Assembly (NCBI GenBank): GCA_038087875.1
Contig: CM075988.1
Span: forward strand, 25,608,001 to 25,672,000
Reading direction: 5' to 3'
Length of the DNA: 64,000 bases
From: Malacoraja senta
Taxonomy: Eukaryota
Shown one piece after another: positions 37,801 to 51,252 of this stretch; position 1 is the stretch's first letter; each line of letters begins with the position of its first letter. Both the position numbers and the translations under genes were made by a program. A model generated the notes under the pieces. That model was not told where the DNA came from. It saw only the letters and a program-made list of their open reading frames with translations, and made no database searches.

Positions 37801-38812
37801 AATTCACACTCAGCACTTACGTTATAGTAAGTTACGTTATAAAAAACCTGATGATGAGAACACCCTGAGAGCTGGTATGGGATTCGATAGGCTGAGTGGC
37901 CTTCTTCTGCAATGTTATAAAAAACACTAGAACAGGGGCGTGATTTAATTGGAGATGTACAGAGGAGGTTTACGTTGGGTCACAAGGTGGAGGCTGAGGG
38001 AGAACTTGGGAGACGTCCACAGAATGATGGAGATAGATAGAGTTACTTCTCCTCTCATCAGAGGTGTCTAAAACCAGAGGATCTAGGCTGAGGGTGAGGG
38101 AGTAAGGGGTATAGAGATGATCTGAGGAAGAGTTGGTTCACGGAGTGGACGTTTGACATTGGCATGCGTTACCCGGGTGGGCAGAGGAGGCAGTGGCTGC
38201 CTCAACACTGAAGAGGTATCTGGACAAGCCCTTCAATCACCAGGGCATCGAAAGCCATGGACCAAGTGATGAGTAGAGATGAATGCTTGATGGTTGCATG
38301 GACACAGCGTGCCAAAGGCCTTGTTTCTTAGCTGCATCTCTATGGAGCCCAGCTCCCAACATGATGTCTAGGCTGACTTCCTTAGGGGACAAGAGTCCCC
38401 ACTAGACTGGGAATGAAGTAAGTTTGAGGCCTTAAAGGACACAGCGTACTGGAGTAACTCAGCGGGTCAGGCAGCATCTGTGGAGAACATGGATAGGTGA
38501 CGTTTCAGGTCGCGACCCTTCTTCAGACTGAGTTTGAGGCTTTACTGGCTGACGAGACTGGTAAACCATGGTCATTTTCTTCTGCCACCTGGTTTTAACT
38601 TTTGCATATTTAAAACCTAATTCAAATTCTTTAAAAAATGCTCGTGGAATTTGAACTCGTATTCTCTGGAGATAGACACAAAATGCAGGAGTAACTCAGT
38701 GGGACGGGCAGCATGTCTGGATGGAAGGAATTGGTGACGTTTCGGGTTGAGACCTTTCTTCAGACTGAGAGTCAGGGAAGAGGGAGACACAGAGAGATGG
38801 AAGGGTAAGGTG

Positions 38813-39544
38813 CGGGATTACTGCAGCGGCCCCTACAGCCTGTCTGTCTTTTTTATTTTTGTCTAGTTAAATGTAGTTGTTTGTGATTTTTTCTACTGTT
38901 TTTAGCTGTGTATATGTGGGGGGAGGGGGTAACTTTTAAAATCTCTTCCCTGCACGGGAGACCCGACCTTTCCCCGTCGGGTCTCCGTTGTCGTTGGGGC
39001 CTAGCTCCGTGGAGTGGCCTCCAACCGGAACGACCTGGGGGCTCCAGGCGCGGAGCCTGCGGACTCACCATCGTGGGGCTGGCCGGCCTCGGAGCGCGGG
39101 GAGCGGTGGTGGCGCGCAGCTGCTCACTCCGGAGCTCGGAGGCTCCAGCTGCAGACCTGTGGACTGGGACATCGGGAGCTCGCGGGTCCGGGTGAGAGAC
39201 CGCTTTCCGGAGCTCCCGCAACGCAACTTCTCCAGCCCGTGTCGCGGGGTTGGAACGACCCGGAGCGGGGCCGTACATCGCCCGGCGCGGCCTAAAATGA
39301 CCGTGGGACTTATCATCGCCCGCCTGGGGCTTCAACATCGGGAGAGAAATGGTGCAGGGGAGAGAAAAGACTTTGCCTTCCATCACAGTGAGGTGGAGAT
39401 TCACTGTGATGGATGTTTTTCTGTAAATTGAATTGTTTGTGTGTCGTGTAGGAATGGTTTTGTTGTATGGCTGTGGAAACGGAGTTTCGTTTGAGCCTCT
39501 CTGAGGTTGAAATGACGTAATAAAATCTAATCAAATCTAATCTA
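38813..39544 (+). mobile_element. CpG-rich hairpin retroposon inserted in a Penelope-like 3' fragment (38670-39650)
   Basis: TSD aaggtg (38807-38812, 39545-39550); stem 39380-39412; tail aatgacgtaataaa(atcta)n. Confidence 0.8.
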
Positions 39545-39775
39545 AAGGTGTGAAAACGAGAGATCAGAGGGGACGAAGTTCAAGGAAAATGTAGAATAGA
39601 TCATTGTTAACTCGGGGAAGATGACAATGAAGTATACAAAGACAACATTCTCTGTCAAACAGGGTTATTCCACTGTGGGTAGCCCACACCTATTTGATAG
39701 ATAGATAGATAAATACTGTATTAATCCCCTCAGGGAAATTCAGATGTCCAGTAGCCAACACAGTCAGAATGTAAT

Positions 39776-40066
39776 AGCCCTGTCCCATGGTGCGAGTTCA
39801 TTCCAAGAGCTCTCCCGAGTTTAAAAAACATCAAACTCGTGGTAAGCACGGAGAATGAACGTAGCGGGTACGTCGGAGCTCGGGGACGTCTCTTAGCGCT
39901 AACGGCAGGTAAGCACGGGAAGACTCGTGAAGATTTTTCAACATGATGAAAAATGTCCACGAGAGCCCCGAGTACCGACGAGCGGCCATTACCGTAAATC
40001 TCCGAGTTCGAATCAGGGCAAACTCGGGAGAGCTCTTGGAATGAACTCGTACCGTGGGACAGGGGT
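39776..40066. mobile_element. MITE with TIRs of about 50 bp (PIF/Harbinger-like)
   Basis: ccctgtcccatggtgcgagttcattccaagagctctcccgagttt / aaactcgggagagctcttggaatgaactcgtaccgtgggacaggg. Confidence 0.8.
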
Positions 40067-40813
40067 TTAAAGCAGACAATACATAAAATACAGACAATAC
40101 ATATGACTATATATTTATGACTGAAACAAGAAATTATTATTCACCAGTAATGACTGGTCAGCATAAAATTAAAAAAAAACGATTAACAAAAGATTCTCTC
40201 AGTCAACATGCTCAATGCACACAGAGAAATGAAAGGAACTTTATTACAAATTCTAGCAAATGGCATAAGTAGCAGTGGAAAATATCAGATAAAGAGAGGC
40301 TTGTGTGAGCAGAAACCAGGGTCTGTACAGAGTTGGAAAATATAACAACCTCATCAGCCGTCTCCCTCTCTCTCCCTCTCTCTCCCTCTCTCTCTGTCTC
40401 TGGGGATAAAGCTATTTTAATATGAAAGGAGTTACACCCTTTAACATTTAGAATGAGGACATCTCGTTGAATGTTGTGGTCAATGCTGATGTAACGCCAG
40501 ATATTTTTCAAGAAAGCCGTGCTTTTACGTAGCGCCACTTAAGACCTTGGAATGACTTGCGGACAATTGAAATATTTTGAAGTGTTTAGCAATGAACGAG
40601 AAATGTGTTCAGGTGATTGTATTAGAGAACCCAGTAAGAGGGTGGGATGGACGCTCCAGGGCACCGCTTTCCCTGTATCAAGCTACACCCACCGTAGGGT
40701 CGTGTATTGGCCAGCACTTTGTCCATTGTGACCTTGGAGTTCGGGCCTGGAAGGGATAAGCACACAACACAAGCCGCACTCCCCCACTTACTGGAGAACG
40801 TGCCTCTGCAAAT

Positions 40814-41132
40814 GGGCGGCACGGTGGCGCAGCGGTAGAGTTGCTGCCTCACAGCGCCAGAGGCCCGGGTTCGATCCTGACTACGGGTGCTGTCTGTATG
40901 GAGTTTGTACCTTCTCCCCGTGACCTGCGTGGGTTTTCTCCGGGTGCTCCGGTTTCCTTCCACATTCCAAAGACGTGCAGGTTTGTAGGCTTCGGTATAA
41001 TTGGCTTCGGTATAATTGTAAATTGTTCCCAGTGAGCGTTGGGTAAGTGTTAGTGTGCGGGGATTGCAGGTCGGCGCGGACTCGGTGGCCGGAAGGGCCT
41101 GTTTCTGCGCTGTATCTCTCAAGTAAACTGAA
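40814..41132 (+). mobile_element. Full-length HE1-type SINE
   Basis: A box tggcgcagcgg, B box ggttcgatcc, V-domain ctccggtttcc, CR1-type tail. Confidence 0.88.
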
Positions 41133-42304
41133 CTATACTTAATGTAGATGCTGGAATGATGGCAGAGGGGTGGGGAAGGACTACTCAGACAGACCCAGAC
41201 AAACAGAGGTGGAACAGTATGTAGAGAAGGCATTTTCCTTGTGAAAATGGTGACTGCAGAAATCTTCCGTGGTTGCACCGGGTGCTCGGAGCTGCCAGTC
41301 AGACCAGTGTAAGAGATGACCGACCAAACACACGTGCAATGTAGCAAGGCAGGAAATGCCTGACGCCACTCTGCACGGCCCTGTACAACGTTCTCCCGCC
41401 TTACCCATCAATGTGCTGAGTCTACCTCTCGCCAACATATTACGGGCAAGCTGCGGTGATTTTTGTGTCTACCTACAAGTGTCCAATCTCTGGGACATGT
41501 GTAGCAACACACGGTTTGAGGGAAATCAGTGAGGTGACGGGAAGGCTCTTAGAGGCGGCATGAGCTCGATGGGCTGAATGGCCTCCTTCACTGCCGTAGA
41601 AAAGTAAGGAAAATGTTGAAAGAGAATATTCAGATGAAACTCCTCTGGAAGTCAGCTTGCTGTTCAGAAAACGTCGACAATGCAGGGAAGGTTCATTTGT
41701 GAGTGTAAAGGATGGTTACCAATGAAACTGTAAGTGGTGTAGGGGGCATTCTGGTCAAGTTTGCAGTGTGAATGTTGGCCTATTTAGGAGAAGCAGAGCA
41801 GGGGAACAAGACCTGCTGTTTTCCATCCCGTCAGGCTGAGTTTGGCGCTGAGTATTAGCATGGCTGCAGATGTGATTTCTGGGAGTCCTGCTGACATACA
41901 TGCTGCCAGGTAGTCATGGATCGGGTTCCACCTCTATCCCCGCCGGCCCTGAGACCCAGAAATAGGCACGGCGTTTCTCCAGGCCGGATGAGGTCTATTT
42001 TTATTTGCACTGCACAGTTTCTTTCAGCCGTTGAGAAGGAATTTCCATGCCGCAGTTTGGGCAGAGTCTAAACTGAACTCAACAATGGAGACTTTGTTCA
42101 CACAAATGCACACATCCAACTTTTCATGTTTCTATATTTCTCCCAAACTGTCCGTTCTTTAAGGGGTTTGAAAATGTGAAGTAGACATGTGGCATGTGTT
42201 CAGGAGACTGAGTGTCCATTGATCAGATCCTGAAGTTTACAGAGATGCAGCGTGGATATTTAGACCGCTGAGTCCACGCCGACCATCGATCGCCCGTTGT
42301 ATAT

Positions 42305-42525
42305 TAGATACATAGATACATAGAAAATAGGTGCAGGAGTAGGCCATTCGGCCCTTCGAGCCTGCACCGCCATTCAATGTGATCATGGCTGATCATCCAA
42401 CTCAGTATCCCGTACCTGCCTTCTCTCCATACCCCCTGATCCCTTTAGCCACAAGGGCCACATCTAACTCCCTCTTAAATATAGCCAATGAACTGGCCTC
42501 AACTACCCTCTGTGGCAGAGAGTTC
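42305..42525 (-). mobile_element. CR1 3' end nested in a minus-strand HE1-like SINE (42235-42750)
   Basis: Near-identical to the end of 37360-37800. Confidence 0.8.
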
Positions 42526-42855
42526 GATAGCGCACTTTCTCACCCACTCCCGACACGTTAGAGGCAATTTTACACAAAGTCCAATTTACCTACAAAACTG
42601 CAGGTCTTTGGGACTTGTGAGGAAATCGGAGCACCCGGAGGAAACTCGCGCTATCACAGGGAGTAGGTGCAAACTCCACACAGACAGCAGCCGAGGTTAG
42701 GATGGACCCCGGGGTCTCTGGCACTGTGAGGCAACACCTCCATCAACTGTGTTTATTGTCCTATTTATTGAAGATTGAAAACTGTCCCCAATACTGGTGC
42801 AAACTTGATAAAGCTGATTAAAAACAGAAAATGCTGGAGAGATTTATGCGAAAAA

Positions 42856-43146
42856 TCCCACTTAGGCGATGTTTTAGGCAACTACAGGTGGCTAGTTAGT
42901 CTCCACAGGTTCGCTGGTGGTCGCCGGGAGTAGTCTCCTCAGTCGCGCAAAAAGTCTGGTCGCCGCTAAATTTTCAACGTTGAAAATGTTTCGGCGACAG
43001 TGGGTTTGACGCCAATGAGCGTAGCTTGACTTCTCCTGACGTAGGTGCTGTCGTAGGTTGTTGCCGGTTTTTCGGCGACCTGCTACGACTATGACAGTCA
43101 CCGGCAGTTGCCTAAAAAAAAATCGGCAAGTGGGACAGGCCCATTA
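42856..43146. mobile_element. MITE (Harbinger-like), left TIR truncated
   Basis: tcccacttaggcgat...aggcaact / agttgccta...gcaagtgggacaggccc. Confidence 0.65.
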
Positions 43147-43404
43147 GCAGGTCAGGCTGGAAAGAGAAACAAGAGTTCATGTTTTGGATTGAAGACATCT
43201 TGTCAGAACGAGCAGTTGACAACATTCTCTTTTTATTTCAGATTTCCCGCATCTGCAGTTCAAAAAATTATCATGAGATGTAACGCGATCTAGGTACTGG
43301 ATATGGCATCAATGCTTCATACTCCCGTAACAAAATGGATTTTCTTTGGCAACATTGACGGGGAAGCCACAAGAGCAGTAACTTGCCCTTGTGCAGTTCA
43401 CTGT

Positions 43405-43936
43405 ACATTTGAGGAAGGACGTTCTTGCTATTGAGGGAGTGCAGCGTAGGTTTACAAGGTTAATTCCCGGGATGCCGGGACTGTCATATGCTGAGAGAAT
43501 GGAGCAGCTGGGCTTGTACACTCTGGAGTTCAGAAGGATGAGAGGGTATCTCATTGAAACATATAAGATTGTTAAGGGCTTGGACACGCTAGAGACAGGA
43601 AACATGTTCCCGATGTTGGGGGAGTCCAGAACCAGGGGCCACAGTTTAAGAATAAGGAGTAAGCCATTTAGAACGGAGACGAGGAAACACTTTTTCGCAC
43701 AGAGAGTGGTGAGTCTGTGGAATTCTCTGCCTCAGAGGGCGGTGGACGCAGGTTCCCTGGATGCTTTCAAGAGAGAGTTGGATAGGGTTCTTAAAGATAG
43801 CGGCGTCAGGGGATATGGGGAGAAGGCAGGAACGGGGTACTGATTGGGGATGATCAGCCATGATCACATTGAATGGCGGTGCTAGCTGGAAGGGCCAAAT
43901 GGCCTACTCCTGCACCTATTGTCTATTGTCTATTGT
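43405..43936 (+). mobile_element. Young CR1 LINE 3' end
   Basis: ORF 43391-43843 LRKDVLAIEGVQRRFTRLIPG...KAGTGY. Confidence 0.92.
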
Positions 43937-44436
43937 ACACAACTGACACGTCCTCTCTAGTGGGCGGCCACTGAGTACGCTGGAAGCAAGGATAGGAAGT
44001 TAGAGATGAATCTCTGCCAGTGGAGTTTACTGTTGGAAAGATAATGCACACTCCTGGACATACTTTTCACTTTTCTTGAACTGTGTCCCAGACGAAAATT
44101 GTTATTCTAGATCTGAGATAAGATTGCTTTTTTGGCAGCTCTGTAATGTGGAGGCCACATGGTGCTTGGATACAGATCAGACCTGAGGGGCAGACCTGAG
44201 GGGCAGAATACTCTTGTTAATCCCATCTGATTAGTATAGTGTCAGGGGTTATGGGGAGCAGGCAGGAGAATGGGGTTGAGAGGGAAAGGTGGAGCGGCCA
44301 TGATTGAATGGCGAAGTAGACTTGATGGGCAGAATGGCCTAATTCTTCTCCTAGGACTTATGAATGTTGGGAGATTCAGAGGGAGGTTGATCGGTGCGTG
44401 TAAGGGAATCGATAACGGAGAAACTAATTCAGAAAG

Positions 44437-44690
44437 AGAAGATAGACACAAAATGCTGGAGTAACTCAGCGGGACAGGCAGAATCTCTGGAGAAAAGGAA
44501 TGGGTGACATTTCGGGTCGAGACCTTTCTTCAGACTGATGTCAGGGGAGAGGGAGATAGATAAGGAAAGGTAAGGTGTGAAACCAGGACAAAGGGGATGG
44601 AGATCAAGGAATATGTAGGATAGATCATCGTTAGCTGGGAGAAGGTGACAACAAAGCAAACCGTGATAAAATGTACTCGGAGACAAATGT
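44437..44690 (-). mobile_element. Penelope-like 3' UTR plus pLTR (family B)
   Basis: Same UTR as the host of the 38813 insert; hammerhead core at about 44505-44540 (-). Confidence 0.7.
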
Positions 44691-45479
44691 ACTGTGGAGG
44701 CAAAGTCATTGGGTATTTTTAAGGCAGAGATTGACAGATTGTTGATTATGGGTTTCAAAGGTTACGGGGGAGGGCAGGAGAATGAGGTTGAGAGAGGACA
44801 AATAGATCAACAATGATTGAATGATGGAATGGACTTGATGGGCCAAATGGCTTCATTCTGCTCCTATGAACCAATTAATTTATTGCGGTCTTGGGCATGG
44901 CTGCTGTCAAACCAAGCTATGAAGCATTGGGATAGGATGCCATGATGTGGATTGGGTGTGTGTACATCTTTGCAGTGTAGGTTCATCCATCTGCGGGAGA
45001 GATGAGCAGCTTTACAGTGCAGCCTTGGTATTAAAGTGATGTGTACCTAGTTGGCACACTGCCCACCTCTGGGGATTGATTGGACTGATGGGGAATAATT
45101 GGATTAATTAGTTGTGAAACACTGCCCATCCGACTGTAATGATTTGACATAAAATCACAGTGATTAGGGCTGATGTTTCCTGTCTGCTGCTTGGTGGAGG
45201 ATCAGTGAATTGGTCCAATGTAATAGAAAGGAGGCTTTTGTACACATATCCTGAATATCCTTAAGTGCTTTGAAGCCAATTACGTATTTTTTTTGGTGTG
45301 GTTGTGCAGATAATAGTTTGGTGCAGCATGTAAGCAGGCTCTTCGGCCCAACTAGTCCATGCCGACCAAGTGCCCCATCTGCTCTAGTCCCACCCAACCA
45401 GCGTTTGGCCCATGTTGGAAACACGGCTGCTACACCTGTACATAGCAGGCTCCCGTGAAGTCATCTACCTTTCAGTGAC

Positions 45480-45920
45480 GTGTAGGATGGAACTGCAGAT
45501 GCTGGTTTACACAAAAATGCTGGAGTAACCCAGGCAGGGTCAGGCAGCATCTCTGGAGAGAAGGAATGGGCGACGTTTCTGGTCGAGACCCTTCCTTAGA
45601 CTGAGAGTCAGGGGAGCAGGAAGCTAGAGGTTTCCTTTCATATCTCGAGTTTTCCTCAATCCTGACTCTCAATCAGAAGAAGGGGCTCGACCTGAAACGC
45701 CACCTATTCCTGTTCTCCAGAGATGCTGCCTGACCCGCTAAGTTACTCCAGCTTTTTAATAATAATAATAATAATAATATTAATATCTATTATTGTCATT
45801 ACACAGAGGTGCAACGAGATTTGGTATGCAGCTTCCATCCGATGTCATCACTTAATCAACTAAAAATCTAGATACCCAGAGAAACATGATTTATAAAATG
45901 ATTTTTGTGTCTATCTTCTA
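45480..45920. mobile_element. Palindromic pLTR pair (family B) with a nested tail insertion
   Basis: Inverted arms 45515-45620 and 45655-45755. Confidence 0.7.
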
Positions 45921-46189
45921 TTTTTCAGTGACAGTGGGTGGGGATATGGGTGGGCATGGAGACAATAGTGGTCAGATCACTGGGATGACATTTCCTGGTC
46001 AAGGAGGCACAGCTAGATGTCTTAATGTTTGCTCAGGAGTGTAAACACATGGCCTTGCCTCACAGGCTCATGCAGGAAATGGCATCTCTCTCAGTGACCT
46101 TCTTTAACTTTGGTGTGAAGCCTTTACCTGCCCTCTTAAGTAGATGTCAATTATCACACAGCATAGTTAGAAGAACAAGGCAGTCTCTA

Positions 46190-46498
46190 TGTTTAGTTTA
46201 ATTTAGATAAACACACATACAGTGGGGAAACCAGCCCTTTGTCCACCGTGTCCGCTCCGACCTAAGATCCCTGGACACCAGCACTATCCCACCCACACTA
46301 GGGACAATTTACAATTTTACCGAAGTCAATTAACCTGCAAACCTGCACGCCTTTGGAGTGTGGGAGGAAACCGGAGCACCCGGAGAAAACCCACGCAGTC
46401 ACGGGGAGAACGTACAAACTCCGTACAGACAGCACCCGTAGTCAGGATTGAACCCGGGTCTCTGGCGCTGTGAGGCAGCAACTCTACCGCTGTGCCAC
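46190..46498 (-). mobile_element. HE1-type SINE
   Basis: Reverse complement of head and tail. Confidence 0.82.
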
Positions 46499-47264
46499 CT
46501 ATGCTCGATGGTCAATATTACACCCTCAGCAGACTTGGAAACATCTGTTCATTATCACTTCAGCTGTTCATTGGAGCTTTCTGTGTGCTATTTGGTTGTT
46601 GCAATATGTGTATTAACGGTCTTTATAGGTGCAGCATGGTGGTAAAATGACTCAAAATGACAAACAGAGTGTATTAGCATCTTTGCACTTGAATCTTCCT
46701 GTTGATGCAGTTGTGCACATTCCAGTAACTGTTCACGGGGAATTTGCAGCAGGCATCACCAAGTCACGCCACAGGTTCCATTGCTTCAGTGTTGATGTGT
46801 GTGTGATGACATCACCAACTCACACCACACTCAATTGCCCATGAGCTATGGAAACTGACGCTGCAATGTGCAAGCAATGTTTCCACTAGTGGGAGAGTCT
46901 AGGACCAGAGAGCACTGCCTCAGAATAAAGGGTCGTGCCTTTAGAAAGGAGATGAGGAGGAAATTCTTTAGTGGCGAATCTGTGGAATTCACCGCGACAG
47001 ACTGCGGTGGAGGCCAAGTCAATGGGTATTTATAAGTGGAGAACGACAGGTTCTTGATTAGTAAGGGCGTCACAAGAGGAGAAACTTAAACCTATTTCCT
47101 CTGGTCCTTGATTCCCCTACTCTGGGCAAGAGACTCTGTGTGTCTACCCGATCTATTCTTCTCTCTTTTTTCAAAAGAGCTATTCCTAAAGAAATTCCAG
47201 AAAGCAGAAATTTACATTCCTGAGCTTCCCGAGCCAATTCAGGCGAAGCCTACTTCAGGATTAA

Positions 47265-47968
47265 GGTCATTAGGTTTAAGGTGAGGGGGGGGAAGATTTA
47301 ATTCCAACCTGAGAGGTCACCTTTTCACATGAGGGTGGTGGGTGTATGGAACGAGCTGCCGGAGGAGGTGGTTGAGGCTGGGACTATCGCAACAATGGAC
47401 AATCGACAATAGGTGCAGGAGTAGGCCATTTGGCCCTTCGAGCCAGCACCGCCATTCAATGTGATCATGGCTGATCATCCCCAATCAGTACCCCGTTCCT
47501 GCCTTCTCCCCATATCTCCTGACTCTGCTATCTTTAAGAGCCCTATCTAGCTCTCTCTTGGAAGTATCCAGAGAGCCGGCCTCCACCGCCCTCTGAGGCA
47601 GAGAATTCCACAGACTCACCACTCTCTGTGAGAAAAATAAATGTTTAAGAAACATTTAGACAGATACTGTATACGGATAGGACAGACGCAAAATGCTGGA
47701 GTAACTCAGTGGGACAGGCAGCATCTCTGGAGAGAAGGAATAGGTGAAGTTTCTTTCCTTCTCTCCAGAGATGCTGCCTGTCCCGCTGAGTTACTCCAGC
47801 ATTTTGTGTCTATCTTCGATTTAAACCAGCATCTGCACTTCTTTCCTACACATGGATAGGACGGGTTTGGAGGGATATGGGCCAAACACAGACAGGTGGG
47901 ATTAGTGTAGCTGGGACATGTAGGCCGGTGTGGGCATGTTCCACCACAGGGCCTGTTTCCACACTGTG
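47265..47968. mobile_element. Nested CR1 fragments plus palindromic pLTR pair (47681-47850)
   Basis: Plus-strand CR1 interrupted by a minus-strand CR1 end (47395-47636) and a pLTR palindrome. Confidence 0.75.
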
Positions 47969-47969
47969 A

Positions 47970-48169
47970 NNNNNNNNNNNNNNNNNNNNNNNNNNNNNNN
48001 NNNNNNNNNNNNNNNNNNNNNNNNNNNNNNNNNNNNNNNNNNNNNNNNNNNNNNNNNNNNNNNNNNNNNNNNNNNNNNNNNNNNNNNNNNNNNNNNNNNN
48101 NNNNNNNNNNNNNNNNNNNNNNNNNNNNNNNNNNNNNNNNNNNNNNNNNNNNNNNNNNNNNNNNNNNNN
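47970..48169. other. Assembly gap (200 N)
   Basis: Run of N. Confidence 0.99.
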
Positions 48170-49029
48170 GACATCCCCGGTGCTCTCCCCTCACAATTTT
48201 ACCTACTCCAACCAACACATATTAATTCACCTGCCTCAATCCATCCATTCTGCACCGACTGCCTTCTAACCCCCCCCCCAACCCCCACCCCCGCCATCTA
48301 TCCACCCCGCACTGATTCACACACACACCCCTCCCTGACCCTATTGTGCTGGAAATGTCTTCAGAGCGAACATTGACTATGTTTGATAATGGAATGCAAT
48401 CAAATGTGTTTTAATTCCCAATGTTATTATTTGGTTTTAATCCATAAAGATGGATTAATTAAATTGTGAACACGTGAAATATTAAAACCGCAGTGTTCGA
48501 TTGTCACTGCTGCCGTTGACACGTTATTACAGAATTCATTGTAACGGCAAATCAATGCTCTTAATATGGAGTATCAGTACTGTAGTTATTTAATGAGCAA
48601 CATTCACAACTATACGTACGCATATATGTTACCATGGTCCAGGATTTATTGACACAGGTTGATCATACGCTGAATAATCCAACCACATTGTTGTTTGGAA
48701 GTGGAAAGAACTAATAGAAATTGCATTAAATGCAATGTGTAAAAAGAGTTGAGATACTGTCTTATAATTTTGCTGCATGTCATTGTGGGATATATCATGT
48801 CTTGATTGGTGAATATGTTTAGTTTGTGACTTTACTTGAAGCAGAAATAATATGTGAATGCTTCATTGAGTATAATTCCGACTGGTAACTACGCACTTCG
48901 TCCGAGCACATTATCGCACGCATCATGCAAGCCGTCTTATATGACCACCTAAACTGTCCTTTGGCAACCTAAAAAGTTGCCAAGGTTGCCCGGCTGGCAA
49001 CAGGGAAAAAAAGTTAAGCGAGAGCCCTG
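48170..49029. mobile_element. hAT-type non-autonomous element, one end
   Basis: Ends gttgcccggctggcaacaggg...gagagccctg; AT-rich body. Confidence 0.5.
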
Positions 49030-49512
49030 CAGGGGATATGGGGAGAAGGCAGGAACGGGGTACTGATTGGGGATGATCAGCCATGATCACATGGAATGGC
49101 GGTGCTGGCTCGAAGGGCCGAATGGCCTACTCCTGCACCTGTCTATTGTCTATTGTCTATTGATTCCGTTAGCCCTAAGAGCTATATCTAACTCAGTATG
49201 GAACAAATGAATGAAAGATGTGCAAAAGGTAACAGTGATATCCCCAATTGTCCCTGTAGATGGCATGAGCTAAACACAGCTCTCCACAATAATGGATAAA
49301 GATAAAGGAAAGAAATGGAACTGTGGAATTAGTGTACGAGCAAACGACTAGTCACGCCTGAGTGATGGTTTCTAACCTTACAGCCGCATGCTGAAGGATT
49401 ACTGTTGGCCAGTGTGATCATGCAGCACGGCTACGTATAGATATTCACTTGCTGCCGGCTGTATCCGGAAAGGTCAGTTTGACCGGGTTATAACATAAAG
49501 AGTCAGTAACTA

Positions 49513-49894
49513 TGTAGAGACAAAGAATTGCAGACACTGGTTAATATACAAAAGGACACAGAGTGCTGGAGGAACTCAGCGGGTCAGGCAGCATCTGTGG
49601 AGAACATGGATAGGTGACGTTTCACAGAGTGCTGGAGTAACCCAGCGGGTCAGGCAGCATCTGTGGAGCGAAGGAAATGGGCAACCTTTCGGGCCGAAAC
49701 CCTGAAGGAAATAGGCAACGTTTCGGGCCGAAACCCGGAAGGGTTTCGGGCCGAAACGTTGCCTATTTCCTTCGCTCCATAGATGCTGCCGGAACATGGA
49801 TAGGTGACGTTTCACAGAGTGCTGGAGGAACTCAGCGGGTCAGGCAGCATCTGTGGAGAACATGGATAGGTGACGTTTCTGGTCGTCTCAACTT
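49513..49894 (-). mobile_element. Tandem pLTR-derived array with 13-bp TSD
   Basis: Three units of about 65 nt; TSD gagtcagtaacta at 49500-49512 and 49895-49907. Confidence 0.8.
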
Positions 49895-50125
49895 GAGTCA
49901 GTAACTAATCTTTTGCACGTTTTTCCAATACTGATCCCTCAGACTGTCCAAACCCGACCTCCTGTTGCGGAGGGAATGGTCCTTCAGCTGCCAGGGCCCG
50001 CAGTCCGAGATTCCTTGCGAGCCTTCAGAATGATCAAACCAACTTTGACCAAGCTTGTCTTGTTGCACTATCTAATGGAAACCATGGTGGATTAGAGGTC
50101 AGATGTTGTCACAATGTTGTTGACC

Positions 50126-50153
50126 CTGAAGAAGGGTCTCGACCCGAAACGTC
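50126..50153 (+). ncRNA. Minimal type-I hammerhead ribozyme core (family B, intact)
   Basis: CUGAAGA-A-GGGU(CUCG)ACCC-GAAAC-GUC; activity not shown. Confidence 0.65.
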
Positions 50154-50535
50154 ACCCATTCCTTCTGTCCAGAGATGCTGCCTGTCCCGCTGAGTTTCTC
50201 CAGCATTTTGCGTCTATCTCCGATTTTGACACATCTACTCTCCCGTGTACTGGGGTGAGAGACCAGACACATTCCATTTCTGTCCCCTCAGCTTTATGCA
50301 TGAGAACAGCCATGTCCATAGATCTACGCAGCCACGAAACAGGTCCTTTGGCCCAACATGTCCATGCCAAACAAGATGCCTATCTCAGCTCATTCCATTT
50401 GCTTGCATTCATTTTGATAAGGTCATTTATACTCACCTGAAAATAAAGGATTTTATTTACTTGAATGGAATTAATATCACTTCCATTTTTAAATGTGGCT
50501 TTTGGTGTATGCTGGCACAGACTGGATGAATTCCG

Positions 50536-50972
50536 CCTGTGGAATTCTCTGCCTCAGAGGGTGGTGGAGGCAGGTTCTCTGGATACTTTCAAGAGAGAGC
50601 TAGATAGGGCTCTTAAAAATAGCGGAGTCGGGGTACATGGGGAGAAGGCAGGAACGGGGTACTGATTGGGGATGATCAGCCATGATCACATTGAATGGCG
50701 GTGCTGGCTCGAAGGGCTGAATGGCCTACTCCTGCACCTATTGTCTATTGTCTATTGTCTATGGACAATTTACAATTTAGTTTGGCAGAAGCCAATTAAC
50801 CTACAAACCTGCACCCATCATTGGAGTGTGGGAGGAAACCTGGAGAAAACTAAGGTTCACTGGGGTCACGGGGAGAACGTACAAACTCCGTACAGACAGC
50901 ACCCTTAGTCAGGATTTAACCAGGGTCTCTGGCGCTGTAAGGCAGCAACTCTACCGCTGCGCCACTGTGCTG
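50536..50972. mobile_element. CR1 3' end (+) abutting HE1 SINE 5' half (-)
   Basis: LWNSLPQRVVEAG...; SINE head ending about 50972. Confidence 0.8.
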
Positions 50973-51124
50973 ATCTTTCTATGATCATTCTGTGCTCATT
51001 CTAATGCCTGTTCTTGGTAGAGCAGTGAAGATTAACTTATGATGGAGTCACCTTGTATGGGCAACCCCATCAAGTATGACATGCTTCTCTCTCTGCTGCT
51101 TCTAATTGACCCCCTCAGTCATTT

Positions 51125-51252
51125 GGTAGACAAAAATGCTGGAGAAACTCAGCGGGTGAGGCAGCATCTATGAAGCGAAGGAATAGGTGACGTTTCTCCA
51201 GCATTTATGTCTACCTTCGATTTTTCCAGCATCTGCAGTTCTTTCTTAAACT
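51125..51252. mobile_element. Internally deleted pLTR palindrome with 11-bp TSD
   Basis: ctcagtcattt at 51114-51124 and 51253-51263. Confidence 0.75.

Noticed and set aside
40814..40890. tRNA gene
   Set aside because: A/B boxes are the tRNA-derived head of an HE1-type SINE; it continues into the SINE body.
49513..49894. CRISPR-like repeat array
   Set aside because: Vertebrate context, no unique spacers, no cas genes; the units are pLTR-derived.
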